DNA of 64,000 nucleotides, from positions 32,001-96,000 of IMG/VR virus record IMGVR_UViG_3300046171_000182, one strand, 5' to 3'. The notes under the pieces are model-generated. The model made no database searches, was not told where the DNA came from, and was given only the letters and a program-made list of their open reading frames with translations. Shown one piece after another: positions 19,387-28,975 of the stretch. Made by a program: the position numbers and the translations under genes. This stretch comes from a virus. The number at the start of each line of letters is the position of its first letter. Position 1 is the stretch's first letter.

Positions 19387-19964
19387 AAGTAAGTGATGCT
19401 GCAACTCACGTAAAATATTATGCTAGTCATCAAATGATGATTACAAAATTGCAAACCTTTAATGATATAACATATACTGCCGGAGCAGAACAAAGTTTAA
19501 GGATATTGCAATTAAATATGGAAAGGCTTAATTGGTTCCTTGGAGATGTAAGAATACCTAAATTTAATTATACTGTCGACTTTGATAAAAATCAAATAAC
19601 TACTTATTCTGAATACATGTTTGGTACTCAAATACACCCAAGAATTGCATATGAAAATAAAGATGTTATTTATGATAGTATGGTAAACAGCGATCAAACA
19701 TGGTTTTATCAAGAAGGAATAAATACGAAACTAGTCGATTGGCCTCTGCACAAACGTTCTATGTTAATGAGAACTAAAAAAAGTAAAAATTATGGTTTTA
19801 AAGATTACTCATTAGAAAATTTTATTATAAGAGGAACTAAACCATTAGGAAAAGATGAACCACCTTGGAATATTGCATATGTAGATTTAGAAGCTTTTTG
19901 TGAATGTACAAATGATGATCGCAAAAAAGCATTTAAATTTTATGAAGGGGCTATAATTTTATGA
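19383..19964 (+). CDS. Hypothetical protein
   Basis: 193 aa ORF with no confident motif. Confidence 0.5.
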   Translation: MKVSDAATHVKYYASHQMMITKLQTFNDITYTAGAEQSLRILQLNMERLNWFLGDVRIPKFNYTVDFDKNQITTYSEYMFGTQIHPRIAYENKDVIYDSMVNSDQTWFYQEGINTKLVDWPLHKRSMLMRTKKSKNYGFKDYSLENFIIRGTKPLGKDEPPWNIAYVDLEAFCECTNDDRKKAFKFYEGAIIL

Positions 19965-19977
19965 AGGGGGCTATAAC

Positions 19978-20400
19978 ATGAAAGTAGGATTTACAGCTTC
20001 AACTTTTGATTTACTTCATGCAGGACATGTGGCAATGTTGCGTGAGGCAAAATCAGTTTGTGATTATTTAATTTGTGGTTTGCAGGTAGATCCTACATTG
20101 GATAGACCTAGAAAGAATCGACCTGTTCAATCAATTGTAGAACGACAAGCACAATTAGCCGCAATAAAATATGTCGATGAAGTAATTATTTATTGTACAG
20201 AAGAAGAATTATGTGATATAATAAACATGTATCCAATTGACGTAAGGATATTGGGTGAAGAGTATAGAGACAAAGATTTTACTGGTAAGGATGAATGTCG
20301 CAAACGTGGCATTCAACTTTACTTTAATAAACGAGACCATAGGTTCTCGACGTCTGATTTAAGGAAAAGAGTACAGTATGCAAATGACAGCAGTCCGTGA
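19978..20400 (+). CDS. Cytidylyltransferase (TagD/RfaE-like)
   Basis: TFDLLHAGH HIGH motif; C-terminal FSTS..R. Confidence 0.85.
   Translation: MKVGFTASTFDLLHAGHVAMLREAKSVCDYLICGLQVDPTLDRPRKNRPVQSIVERQAQLAAIKYVDEVIIYCTEEELCDIINMYPIDVRILGEEYRDKDFTGKDECRKRGIQLYFNKRDHRFSTSDLRKRVQYANDSSP
20194..20222 (+). promoter_or_regulatory. Internal early/middle-type promoter upstream of the dCMP hydroxymethylase
   Basis: TGTACA-N17-TATAAT. Confidence 0.65.
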
Positions 20401-21061
20401 TATTCGTCAATATTTTATTGATGAACTAAAAGACGAAGCTTTTACAATTGATAAGACCGGCGCTAAGACAATAGAAATGCTTGGCGCATCTTTCATTGCT
20501 GATGAGGCAGCCATATTTGGAACAGTTAGTTATGATTATGTTCAAGAAGAATTAGACTGGTATGATAGCCAGTCTACAAACATTAACGACATTCGTGATA
20601 ATCCACCAAAAGCCTGGGAGTATGCTGCAAATACTCATGGTGAAATTAATTCTAATTACGGACATCTTATTTTTTCAGACAAATATTATAACCAATATGG
20701 CTGCGTGCTGGATGAATTACTAGAAAATCCTGACGGTCGACGTGCTTCCATGATTTACAATAGACCGTCTATTTGGATGGAGTATAATGAAAATGGAAAA
20801 TCGGATTTTATTTGTACTAACAGCGTCACTTACTATATTCGTGATAGTATTCTACATTCTGTAGTTCAGATGCGTTCTAATGATGTGGTGTTTGGATATA
20901 AGAATGATTACGCGTGGCAACGTGAGGTAATGAAAAGATTAGTCAGAGATTATAATGCTCTAAGTACTTACGATACAGGTAATATAATTGAAGAAGGTCA
21001 CATTACTTGGCAAGTACAAAACTTGCACGTCTATGAAAAGCACTTTAACCTTGTCAAGTAA
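20378..21061 (+). CDS. gp42: dCMP hydroxymethylase (T4 gp42-like)
   Basis: DKTGAKTIE, GASFIADE, GEINSNYG, SDFICTN and MRSNDVVFGYKNDYAWQ closely follow T4 gp42; Asp at the cytosine-specificity position (Asn in thymidylate synthases). Confidence 0.88.
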   Translation: MQMTAVRDIRQYFIDELKDEAFTIDKTGAKTIEMLGASFIADEAAIFGTVSYDYVQEELDWYDSQSTNINDIRDNPPKAWEYAANTHGEINSNYGHLIFSDKYYNQYGCVLDELLENPDGRRASMIYNRPSIWMEYNENGKSDFICTNSVTYYIRDSILHSVVQMRSNDVVFGYKNDYAWQREVMKRLVRDYNALSTYDTGNIIEEGHITWQVQNLHVYEKHFNLVK

Positions 21062-21506
21062 GTGGGATCACCGCTATTTAGAGTTAGCGCGCGCGGTTGG
21101 TACCTGGTCTAAGGATCCTTCCACAAGAATAGGAGCTATTGCTGTTGGAATTAAAGGACAGGTATTGGCTCAGGGATATAACGGATTGCCTAGAGGAGTT
21201 TCTGATTCTGATGAAAGATACCAGGATCGAGAGACTAAATACAAATACATTGTTCATGCAGAACAAAATTTAATTTATAATGCAACATGGAATGGTGTCT
21301 CCTTAGATCAATCTACTTTATATGTGACTGGGCTTCCTGTTTGTTCTGAGTGTGCTAAAGGCGTTATTCAAGTTGGAATAAAGAGAGTAGTTATGCCAGC
21401 TAGTGAAGACATAAGGGGATGGGGTGATAAGGCACGTTGGAACGATTCGTGGGAATTGTCTGCTTCTATGTTTAAGGAAGCCAACGTGTTATACGAGTTT
21501 ATATAA
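21051..21506 (+). CDS. cd: dCMP deaminase
   Basis: SKDPST, GYNG, HAE and CSEC zinc motif. Confidence 0.9.
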   Translation: MSSKWDHRYLELARAVGTWSKDPSTRIGAIAVGIKGQVLAQGYNGLPRGVSDSDERYQDRETKYKYIVHAEQNLIYNATWNGVSLDQSTLYVTGLPVCSECAKGVIQVGIKRVVMPASEDIRGWGDKARWNDSWELSASMFKEANVLYEFI

Positions 21507-22069
21507 TGGATATGGGATTCAACTCGAGTGTGGAGTTTGTCAAGCTACCAGTAGGATTTAACTTTTGGACTTTTGATAATATACTGTCAGGAGATTTGCC
21601 AAATCAGTTACTGGAAGACAGCAATCAATTCAACTTTTTTAAATTAGATCAGCGCAGGACATCAAGACCTGACCGTATCTATATGCATGAGTATAATATC
21701 GATAGTTTTAAAACTATCGTGGATTTATTAACCAGTAATGGCACCAAAAAGTATTTTAGTGATATTACAGGTATTGATTACACTCGACAACAGGCTAGAA
21801 TTGAACTATGCAAAGACGCAACTGGAAGTTGGTTAGAGCAACATTGCGATGATCCAGCAAAAACTATGACTTGCCAGATATATCTGAGCAACGCCCCTTC
21901 AAGCACAAAAATTGGAACCTTTGGAAGCAAAGCAAAATTTAATTGTGGTTGGGTCTTTTCCAATACTGGGACTGAACCGCATGGATTACCTCCATTGACA
22001 TTTGATAGAACCAGTATTATCTTAAATTATGTAAGTGAAAACTGGCGTGATAGAGAAGTTTTAATATGA
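21506..22069 (+). CDS. 2OG-Fe(II) oxygenase-like protein
   Basis: HCD...QIYL...H...R pattern. Confidence 0.65.
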   Translation: MDMGFNSSVEFVKLPVGFNFWTFDNILSGDLPNQLLEDSNQFNFFKLDQRRTSRPDRIYMHEYNIDSFKTIVDLLTSNGTKKYFSDITGIDYTRQQARIELCKDATGSWLEQHCDDPAKTMTCQIYLSNAPSSTKIGTFGSKAKFNCGWVFSNTGTEPHGLPPLTFDRTSIILNYVSENWRDREVLI

Positions 22070-22170
22070 GTTTATATAATGGATGATGAAGTATTATTGC
22101 TACTAGCTTTGATGACAGTTATCTTTGGCGGTACGTTAATTATTAATTGGATATTTTGGGGAATAGCCGG

Positions 22171-23127
22171 ATGAACGTAATTACAAATCCTATATCAAAT
22201 ATTCCGAAGAATGAGAAGTCGCACGTTCATGGTTGGTCGCAGTTGTGGCGTGATCAACTTGGTGCCTTTATTGATCACAAATGTACTCCACGAATAACAA
22301 AAGCAGATGTTGTTTATATAGATCATGGTGCTAACTTTGGCGGTAGTTTAAATTTATTTGGCGGAGCTAATAAAGAAGTTTATGATAGAATCAATCTTGT
22401 AATGTCATGCGAAAACATTGTCTCGTTAGATTGGGATATGCCTGATTATGGGGCAATGTTAAAGAAAAGACTTTCAGCTGAGACAACCTATAAAGATATT
22501 ACAGAAAAGTGGTGTGATTCTATTTCTAAACGAATTAAAAGTATTACGTCTCTTAAGCAGAAAGATTTAAAAACAGATGGTGTTATTTTTGGAGACTCAC
22601 ATACTATCGCTTTTAGTGATGCAGGGGATCGCGTGTATAGGACTGACGGTAAGACTCTTTTTGGTAGTATACGTAAGGGACTTCGACAAGACATACAAGA
22701 ACCATTGGGCCGACTTACCATATCTCTTGGCTCTATTGACATTAGGCATCACATTCTGCGTCACCCTGGCTTTTCTCTTAAATATAACATCAAAGAATAT
22801 GTAAGAGAAGGTAATCAGATGGCTGACGATGTATGGTTTGCTGCTCCGGTTCCTGTAGAGTTTGAAGGAAGACGTATACCTAAATCAGGATTCTACAAGA
22901 AGACTCCATTCTATGGCTCATGGAAAGAGCGTTGGGATCTTACAAACGAATTTATTGAAATGCTTTACGAAGAATCTAAAGGTAAAGTTGTTATGCCGCC
23001 AAAAGAATGGTATACAATGGATCCTGAAAAATACGCAAATACTTATATGGAACACGGTTCTAGTTTTCATATAGCGCCACCATATTATAGACGCAACGAT
23101 TGGGGAGTATCACCTCTTGGCACATAA
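22171..23127 (+). CDS. Hypothetical protein with SGNH/GDSL-like C-terminal domain
   Basis: FGDSHT block, GSID, late SFH. Confidence 0.5.
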   Translation: MNVITNPISNIPKNEKSHVHGWSQLWRDQLGAFIDHKCTPRITKADVVYIDHGANFGGSLNLFGGANKEVYDRINLVMSCENIVSLDWDMPDYGAMLKKRLSAETTYKDITEKWCDSISKRIKSITSLKQKDLKTDGVIFGDSHTIAFSDAGDRVYRTDGKTLFGSIRKGLRQDIQEPLGRLTISLGSIDIRHHILRHPGFSLKYNIKEYVREGNQMADDVWFAAPVPVEFEGRRIPKSGFYKKTPFYGSWKERWDLTNEFIEMLYEESKGKVVMPPKEWYTMDPEKYANTYMEHGSSFHIAPPYYRRNDWGVSPLGT

Positions 23128-24001
23128 CAATCATGTCATAGACGGAATCAATAAAGATATTAATCCATTTTATGGAGATCCAAAAGAGTATTATTTAGAA
23201 CTAGCAAAAGATTGGGAGGATCCATATGGAATACCTAATATTACTGAGCATAGCGGGATTCGTGTTGTTCGCGACGATTCTCTTGTTGGTAGTAAGGTTA
23301 GGGGCGGCGATTGCCTCATTAGTAGTTTGGGCTCTCACATTGACACTATCGTTTATGTTCAACCTCGCACTGGTCTTGCCGGTGTTAGTATACTTGACGT
23401 CGCCAAACGACATGGAAAAGATGTCATGCTCTTCATGCCCTCAAGTAAACGCATCAGCGATCACCAAGCCTGCTGTATTGAACGGGGAGCACGTACTAGT
23501 TTTCATAGAATAGCAGCTATGCCTAATTTAAATCTAATTGCAAAGAAATGGGCAGATGAAAGAAAGAATGCTTTCTTTGTACCGTTAGGCTTAAAACATG
23601 AAATGGTAACAGCAGGCATTGTAAAGGCTGCTTCTAAGATAAGAGAACCTGAAGAAGTATACACTGCCACGTCCACGGGCGTGCTCACACGGGGGCTGCA
23701 GATTGCTTGGCCTAATGCCAAGTTTACTTCCGTCTGCGTGTCTCGTAATATGAAAGCTGGTGAATTAGGTATTGCAGAAGCCGTATCAGAGCCATTGGCG
23801 TTTACGGCTTCAGAGAAAAAAGACAATCTTCCGCCATTCCCGACTATAGATACCTACGATGGTAAGGTATGGAAATATATTCCAAAGAATACAGGACGTG
23901 ATATTTTATTCTGGAACGTAGGCAAAGAACCGATATTGCAAAATTCAGGTTTACCGGATACCATAGATTCATATAGAGATTGGGAAAAGAATGTGGCTTA
24001 A
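23117..24001 (+). CDS. PLP-dependent fold-type II enzyme
   Basis: VRDD...GSKVR (PLP lysine), TSTG loop, YDGK and LFWNVG. Confidence 0.7.
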   Translation: MAHNNHVIDGINKDINPFYGDPKEYYLELAKDWEDPYGIPNITEHSGIRVVRDDSLVGSKVRGGDCLISSLGSHIDTIVYVQPRTGLAGVSILDVAKRHGKDVMLFMPSSKRISDHQACCIERGARTSFHRIAAMPNLNLIAKKWADERKNAFFVPLGLKHEMVTAGIVKAASKIREPEEVYTATSTGVLTRGLQIAWPNAKFTSVCVSRNMKAGELGIAEAVSEPLAFTASEKKDNLPPFPTIDTYDGKVWKYIPKNTGRDILFWNVGKEPILQNSGLPDTIDSYRDWEKNVA

Positions 24002-25007
24002 CGAAGAAGCAATTGATGTTCTCGTAAATTATTATTATCCGAAGGCCGGATGGTTGCAAGACAATGTAAACTGGGGACCTTTAGATTATGAAGGTCCTGA
24101 AGCAAATGAAATTGTTAATGATCCGCTTCTGCAAAAGATTGACATCTATGATTGTAAAACAAGAAACGCTGCAGGCTTCTCAAACGTATTACAAGATCTG
24201 AGGTTCGGATCTAAAACTCCTAAATGGAGATGGCAGAAAGAAGATAGACGTAAGATCTCAGCATCTAATGATAATATTAGTTGGTCAATTGAAACGTGGC
24301 TATACACATTTCTCTGTCATCGAATTACTGGGTCAGGTGCTTCATTTGAAAACGATCATGGTTATCGTAATAATATAATTCAGCATTGGGGTAAGCACAG
24401 AGACATTAAAGATATGGCAGAGGATTTGGTAGAGACTAAAGCCTCTGGAAAACCAATGTTTACATCTATCGGCAATCAACCTCCGGCTCCTAAGAAAGGA
24501 GTTAGTAATGTTGACTTTATGGTAAATGAATTGCCAGAAGTTATCAATAGATTTACAGATTTTCTTCTCTTAAAAAGAAGAGGCCACAAAGAAATTGTAG
24601 ATCATCTAAATGAACATAATAAAAAAGCAGGTCATCGTAAATTTAATTTTCAGTATGCTGCTTTCTCTATGGATTGCTCTGACTATTTTCCTGAACACGC
24701 TGATGTGGATTCTCATACATATTTAGGAAACAACGCAGTACGATGTATGAAAAAATTATCTAAAGGTTGGAAAGATGACGACTTTATGGATCTACTAAGA
24801 GAAAAAACTGGCGGTAAACCAAAAGACCTCGAAGATGTTATGTGTGATTTTGTTCGGTTTGGACAGAATTATGTGCCACGAGGTAATGGAACATTCGATC
24901 ATATTCCTTCAACATTAGCTAATGCATCTGGATGGGAATCTGGATGGGAACAAAGACAAGGCCATCCGCCTATAAAAGGTTTACAATTAGATGAATTTAT
25001 GGTATAA
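23991..25007 (+). CDS. aGPT-pyrophosphorylase / amino-acid:DNA transferase-like protein
   Basis: HRITGSG, F.YAAFSMD, LGNNAVRC and LEDVMCDFVRF resemble the HhH-like motifs of phage base-hypermodification transferases. Confidence 0.6.
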   Translation: MWLNEEAIDVLVNYYYPKAGWLQDNVNWGPLDYEGPEANEIVNDPLLQKIDIYDCKTRNAAGFSNVLQDLRFGSKTPKWRWQKEDRRKISASNDNISWSIETWLYTFLCHRITGSGASFENDHGYRNNIIQHWGKHRDIKDMAEDLVETKASGKPMFTSIGNQPPAPKKGVSNVDFMVNELPEVINRFTDFLLLKRRGHKEIVDHLNEHNKKAGHRKFNFQYAAFSMDCSDYFPEHADVDSHTYLGNNAVRCMKKLSKGWKDDDFMDLLREKTGGKPKDLEDVMCDFVRFGQNYVPRGNGTFDHIPSTLANASGWESGWEQRQGHPPIKGLQLDEFMV

Positions 25008-25008
25008 T
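24980..25008 (+). promoter_or_regulatory. Early/middle-type promoter
   Basis: TTTACA-N17-TATAAT. Confidence 0.7.
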
Positions 25009-25013
25009 AACAT

Positions 25014-25865
25014 ATGTTAAAAATTACAATTATAGGCCACGGTTTTGTTGGTAAAGCAATCGACTACGCATTTCAAGATGATGTAGAAAAACAAATTATA
25101 GATCCTAAGTATGACGTTCATTTACACGATGTAAGATTATCTTCTGATGTAACGTTTGTTTGCGTTCCAACGCCAATGCATAAAGATGGCCAATGCGATG
25201 TAAGTATTCTTCGAGATGTTTTACATAAAATTGCTCAACGAAGAAGTGGACTCATAGTTGTCAAATCTACAGTACCGCCTGATCAAATAGAAAATTTATT
25301 TCGTGGTTCTGCTAAACATAGAATGGTTTATAATCCAGAATTCTTGACAGAAAAAAATGCAAATGAAGATATTATAAATCCGTTCGTACATATTTTTGGT
25401 GGCGAGAACGAGGCTACTAAAAAGCTGGAAAGTTTTTATAAAGAATATAGTATATGTAAGCCATGTCCAATATCACATATGTCAGCAACAGATGCTAGCT
25501 TTGTAAAGTATGGAATCAATACTTTCCTAGCAACTAAGCTAACATTCTTTAATGAACTTTATGATACAATAAAAGACTTTGGAGGTAATTATGGTCGTAT
25601 CGCAAACGCAATTGGTACTGATCCAAGAATTGGGCACTCCCATACTCGTGTCCCTGGTTTTGACGGCAAGCGTGGTTTTGGCGGTGCTTGTTTTCCAAAA
25701 GATGTTTCCGCCTTCGTAAACTTTACAACTCATACTCCTTTACTAGAATATGTTATGAATCGTAACAATCAATATCGATCCGAGTATGAAAAAGACGAAA
25801 GAGAAATAGCACAGAACATAGAGTATAATATGACTGGTGAAATAGCACACGTGAATGAACGATGA
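25014..25865 (+). CDS. UDP-glucose/GDP-mannose dehydrogenase family protein (short form)
   Basis: GHGFVG, CVPTP, KSTVPP, NPEFL, GFGGACFPKD. Confidence 0.88.
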   Translation: MLKITIIGHGFVGKAIDYAFQDDVEKQIIDPKYDVHLHDVRLSSDVTFVCVPTPMHKDGQCDVSILRDVLHKIAQRRSGLIVVKSTVPPDQIENLFRGSAKHRMVYNPEFLTEKNANEDIINPFVHIFGGENEATKKLESFYKEYSICKPCPISHMSATDASFVKYGINTFLATKLTFFNELYDTIKDFGGNYGRIANAIGTDPRIGHSHTRVPGFDGKRGFGGACFPKDVSAFVNFTTHTPLLEYVMNRNNQYRSEYEKDEREIAQNIEYNMTGEIAHVNER

Positions 25866-26794
25866 AAATATTCATAACAGGAATATCAGGGTTTATCGGA
25901 TTCCATTTAGCTAGAGAGCTTAAAGCTTACGGCCATGATATCTTGGGTTGTGATAATTACAACGGCATGTATAATCCATCTCTAAAAATATCTCGATACA
26001 GGATTCTAGAGATGTCAGAGATTCCTGTTAAAAATGCTGATATATGCTCGTTGACTCAATCAGAGGTTGAAGACTGCGATGTTATTGTACACTTAGCGGC
26101 GTGGGCTGGTGTTAGACATTCATTGGAAATGCAAAATGTTTATACAAAAAATAATATAATTGGTACACAAAACATTATAGATATTGCTGAGACGCTAAAC
26201 ATTCCTGTGGTTTATGCTTCTTCATCAAGTGTGTACGCTGGTCAAAATCCACCATTCATGGAAGATATGAATTTTACACATCATCTAAATCCTTATGCTT
26301 GGAGTAAATATGTTAATGAATGTCAATTCAAACACAGTAATGTACCTTCGTCAATCGGCTTTAGATTTTTTACAGTGTATGGTCCTTATGGACGGCCTGA
26401 CATGGCACTTCATGGATTTACGAACAAGATTATAAAAGATGAACCAATAGAAGTTTTTGGTCACGGTGATATGTCACGTGATTTTACATATGTACAAGAC
26501 ATCGTAAATGGTGTACAATTGTTAATAGATAAAGTTTCTAAAATAGATGATCATCAAATCTATAATATTGGTAGTGGCGAATCAGTTCCGCTTATGAGTT
26601 TTGTAAGACTCATAGAAGAAAATCTAGATCGCAAAGCAAAGATTAATTATGTTGATATACATCCAGCGGATATTCGACATACTTTAGCTGATATAACAGA
26701 AATAAAAAGATTAGGCTATCGGCCGATGACTTCTATAGAAACCGGTATTCGCAGCTTTATCAGTTGGTATAAAGATTATTATAAAAAAAATTAG
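25862..26794 (+). CDS. NAD-dependent epimerase (UDP-glucuronate 4-epimerase-like)
   Basis: TGISGFIG, HLAAWAGVRHS, YAWSK, RFFTVYGPYGRPDMA. Confidence 0.88.
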   Translation: MKIFITGISGFIGFHLARELKAYGHDILGCDNYNGMYNPSLKISRYRILEMSEIPVKNADICSLTQSEVEDCDVIVHLAAWAGVRHSLEMQNVYTKNNIIGTQNIIDIAETLNIPVVYASSSSVYAGQNPPFMEDMNFTHHLNPYAWSKYVNECQFKHSNVPSSIGFRFFTVYGPYGRPDMALHGFTNKIIKDEPIEVFGHGDMSRDFTYVQDIVNGVQLLIDKVSKIDDHQIYNIGSGESVPLMSFVRLIEENLDRKAKINYVDIHPADIRHTLADITEIKRLGYRPMTSIETGIRSFISWYKDYYKKN

Positions 26795-26803
26795 GAGACG
26801 CAT

Positions 26804-27850
26804 ATGTCAGTAATGGACAAACTCAAAAAGAACTCTAAGTTAAAAAACACGGAGGTTCTTTCTGAGTCAAAATTCTTTAATGAAAAAGATATGACTCCGA
26901 CCGATTCGCCAATGATTAACGTGGCGTTATCGGGATCGGTAGATGGAGGTTTAGCCTCTGGCCTTACTGTTCTTGCAGGCCCGTCAAAACATTTTAAGAC
27001 TTCCTTTGCTTTGATTATGGCTGCAGCCTATTTGAAAAAGCATAAAGACGCTGTTATGCTATTTTATGATTCAGAGTTTGGCTCTCCTCAGGCATACTTC
27101 GAGCAATTTGAAGTTGATACTTCTCGAGTTCTTCATACACCAATTACAAATGTAGAAGAACTAAAATTTGATATGATTGGTCAATTGGAAGCGTTAGACC
27201 GAGGTGATAAAGTAATTGTTGTTATTGATTCTATCGGTAACCTTGCTTCAAAGAAAGAGATGGAAGACGCTCTAAATGAAAAATCAGTTGCTGATATGTC
27301 AAGAGCGAAGGCACTAAAAGGTCTATTCCGTATGGCAACACCTTATCTTGCCATGAAGAATATTCCTATGCTAGCAGTCAATCACACATATCAAGAGATC
27401 GGTTTGTTCCCTAAAGCTATCGTCTCTGGCGGTACTGGCATTTATTATTCAGCTGATAATATCTGGATCCTTGGTCGCCAGCAGGATAAGAAAGGTACAG
27501 AGATCCAAGGGTATCATTTTGTAATCAATGTAGAGAAATCACGTTATGTTAAAGAAAAGTCTAAGATTCCTATTACTGTTTCCTGGGACGGTGGTGTTCG
27601 CGGTTACTCTGGGCTTCTTGACGTGGCTCTTGCTGGTGGGTACGTCACTAAGCCTTCAAATGGCTGGTATGCAACGGTTGATATGGAAAGTGGTGAAGTT
27701 GGCCCAAAGGTGCGGCATGATACAACTTTAGAAAAAGAGTTTTGGGATCCTATTTTTGCTGAGACTAATTTTAAAGAGTTTATTAAAAAACAATATACGA
27801 TTGGGCACAGAGAACAAGTATCTATGGATGAGATTGTAGAGGAAGCATGA
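26804..27850 (+). CDS. uvsX: RecA-like recombinase UvsX
   Basis: AGPSKHFKT, YDSEFG, DSIGNLASKKE, SGGTG. Confidence 0.95.
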   Translation: MSVMDKLKKNSKLKNTEVLSESKFFNEKDMTPTDSPMINVALSGSVDGGLASGLTVLAGPSKHFKTSFALIMAAAYLKKHKDAVMLFYDSEFGSPQAYFEQFEVDTSRVLHTPITNVEELKFDMIGQLEALDRGDKVIVVIDSIGNLASKKEMEDALNEKSVADMSRAKALKGLFRMATPYLAMKNIPMLAVNHTYQEIGLFPKAIVSGGTGIYYSADNIWILGRQQDKKGTEIQGYHFVINVEKSRYVKEKSKIPITVSWDGGVRGYSGLLDVALAGGYVTKPSNGWYATVDMESGEVGPKVRHDTTLEKEFWDPIFAETNFKEFIKKQYTIGHREQVSMDEIVEEA

Positions 27851-28152
27851 TAGATGTAAATAAACTTTCTGAGGGTATTGACTATAAGTTAATACCTGCT
27901 CCGGATAACGAACAAGCTTGGAACATAAGGGTCTTAACTGGTCCTTATATTGAGACAGTTGTACAGTTTGGCGCCATTTCTATTAATGGTCCAGAAGAAG
28001 CAATTAATTTTAATTTTACTATTATTGAAAGTCCTGATGATTTATTAACGGTTGAAGATAAGCACTTTCAAGAGTTTTGTGGATTAGTCTTACATGATGT
28101 CATTGAAATGGCTATAAGTAAAGACGAATTAATCATGAAAGATAAAAAATGA
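27847..28152 (+). CDS. Hypothetical protein (position of T4 gp40)
   Basis: Synteny only. Confidence 0.4.
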   Translation: MIDVNKLSEGIDYKLIPAPDNEQAWNIRVLTGPYIETVVQFGAISINGPEEAINFNFTIIESPDDLLTVEDKHFQEFCGLVLHDVIEMAISKDELIMKDKK

Positions 28153-28571
28153 GAATATTAATTATGGGTTTGCCTGGATCTGGTAAAACTCATTTAGCTG
28201 TAAGATTACAGGGCCTTTTAAAAAATTGTGCATGGTACAATGCTGATGCTATTCGTAAGATGGCTGACGATTGGGACTTTACCGAATCAGGTAGACATAG
28301 ACAAGCAGAACGAATGAATACACTAGCCAACTTTGAAGGTGTTCGAGGTCGTACAGTCATATGTGACTTTGTATGTCCAACAATTGAAACTAGAAAATTG
28401 TTTGATCATGATATTATGATTTGGATGAATACTATAGAGCAAGGCAGATTTAAAGACACAAATAAGCTGTTTCAAAATCCTGATAATGCTACATATACGG
28501 TTAAGGGATTTCAGTCAGACGAAGAAATACAAAATTTTGCAATACAATTAGGGAGTGCATATGGCATTTGA
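28149..28571 (+). CDS. Adenylylsulfate-kinase-like P-loop kinase
   Basis: MGLPGSGKT, NAD.IR, DFVCP. Confidence 0.75.
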   Translation: MRILIMGLPGSGKTHLAVRLQGLLKNCAWYNADAIRKMADDWDFTESGRHRQAERMNTLANFEGVRGRTVICDFVCPTIETRKLFDHDIMIWMNTIEQGRFKDTNKLFQNPDNATYTVKGFQSDEEIQNFAIQLGSAYGI

Positions 28572-28975
28572 TTGGAAAAAACCAACGGCGCAAATGCTGG
28601 GGCGATGGCAACCATGGCATAAAGGCCATACCACATTATTCAAGAAAGCATTAGAACAAACTGGCCAAGTTGCTATTATGGTTCGTGATGTTGGTGGAAT
28701 TATTGGTCAAGATGCTGGCGGTGGTCGTACCGCAAAGCAAGATGATAACCCATTTGATTTTAATTTTGTTTCTGCACAAATTATTCTTAATTTGCAAAAT
28801 GAAGGATTTACAATAAACGATGAGTATGTTATAATGGAAGGTACCAAACATTGTTGACATTAGTTATGGTCGTGGTGTTGGGTATACATTTACAGAGCAC
28901 GATCTTGGAGAAGAGATTCATAAGATTAGTGCTACCAATATCCGTAAAAACATGCGAGAAAGTGGAATGCTTTGA
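28561..28975 (+). CDS. Cytidyltransferase-like protein, frameshifted near 28840
   Basis: GRWQPWHKGH; continues in another frame as VPNIVDISYGRGVGY...ISATNIR. Confidence 0.7.
28807..28835 (+). promoter_or_regulatory. Early/middle-type promoter upstream of gp41
   Basis: TTTACA-N17-TATAAT. Confidence 0.65.

Noticed and set aside
20378-21061. Calling this gene thymidylate synthase or dUMP hydroxymethylase
   Set aside because: It has Asp at the specificity position and gp42-like motifs throughout, and thyX is present separately.
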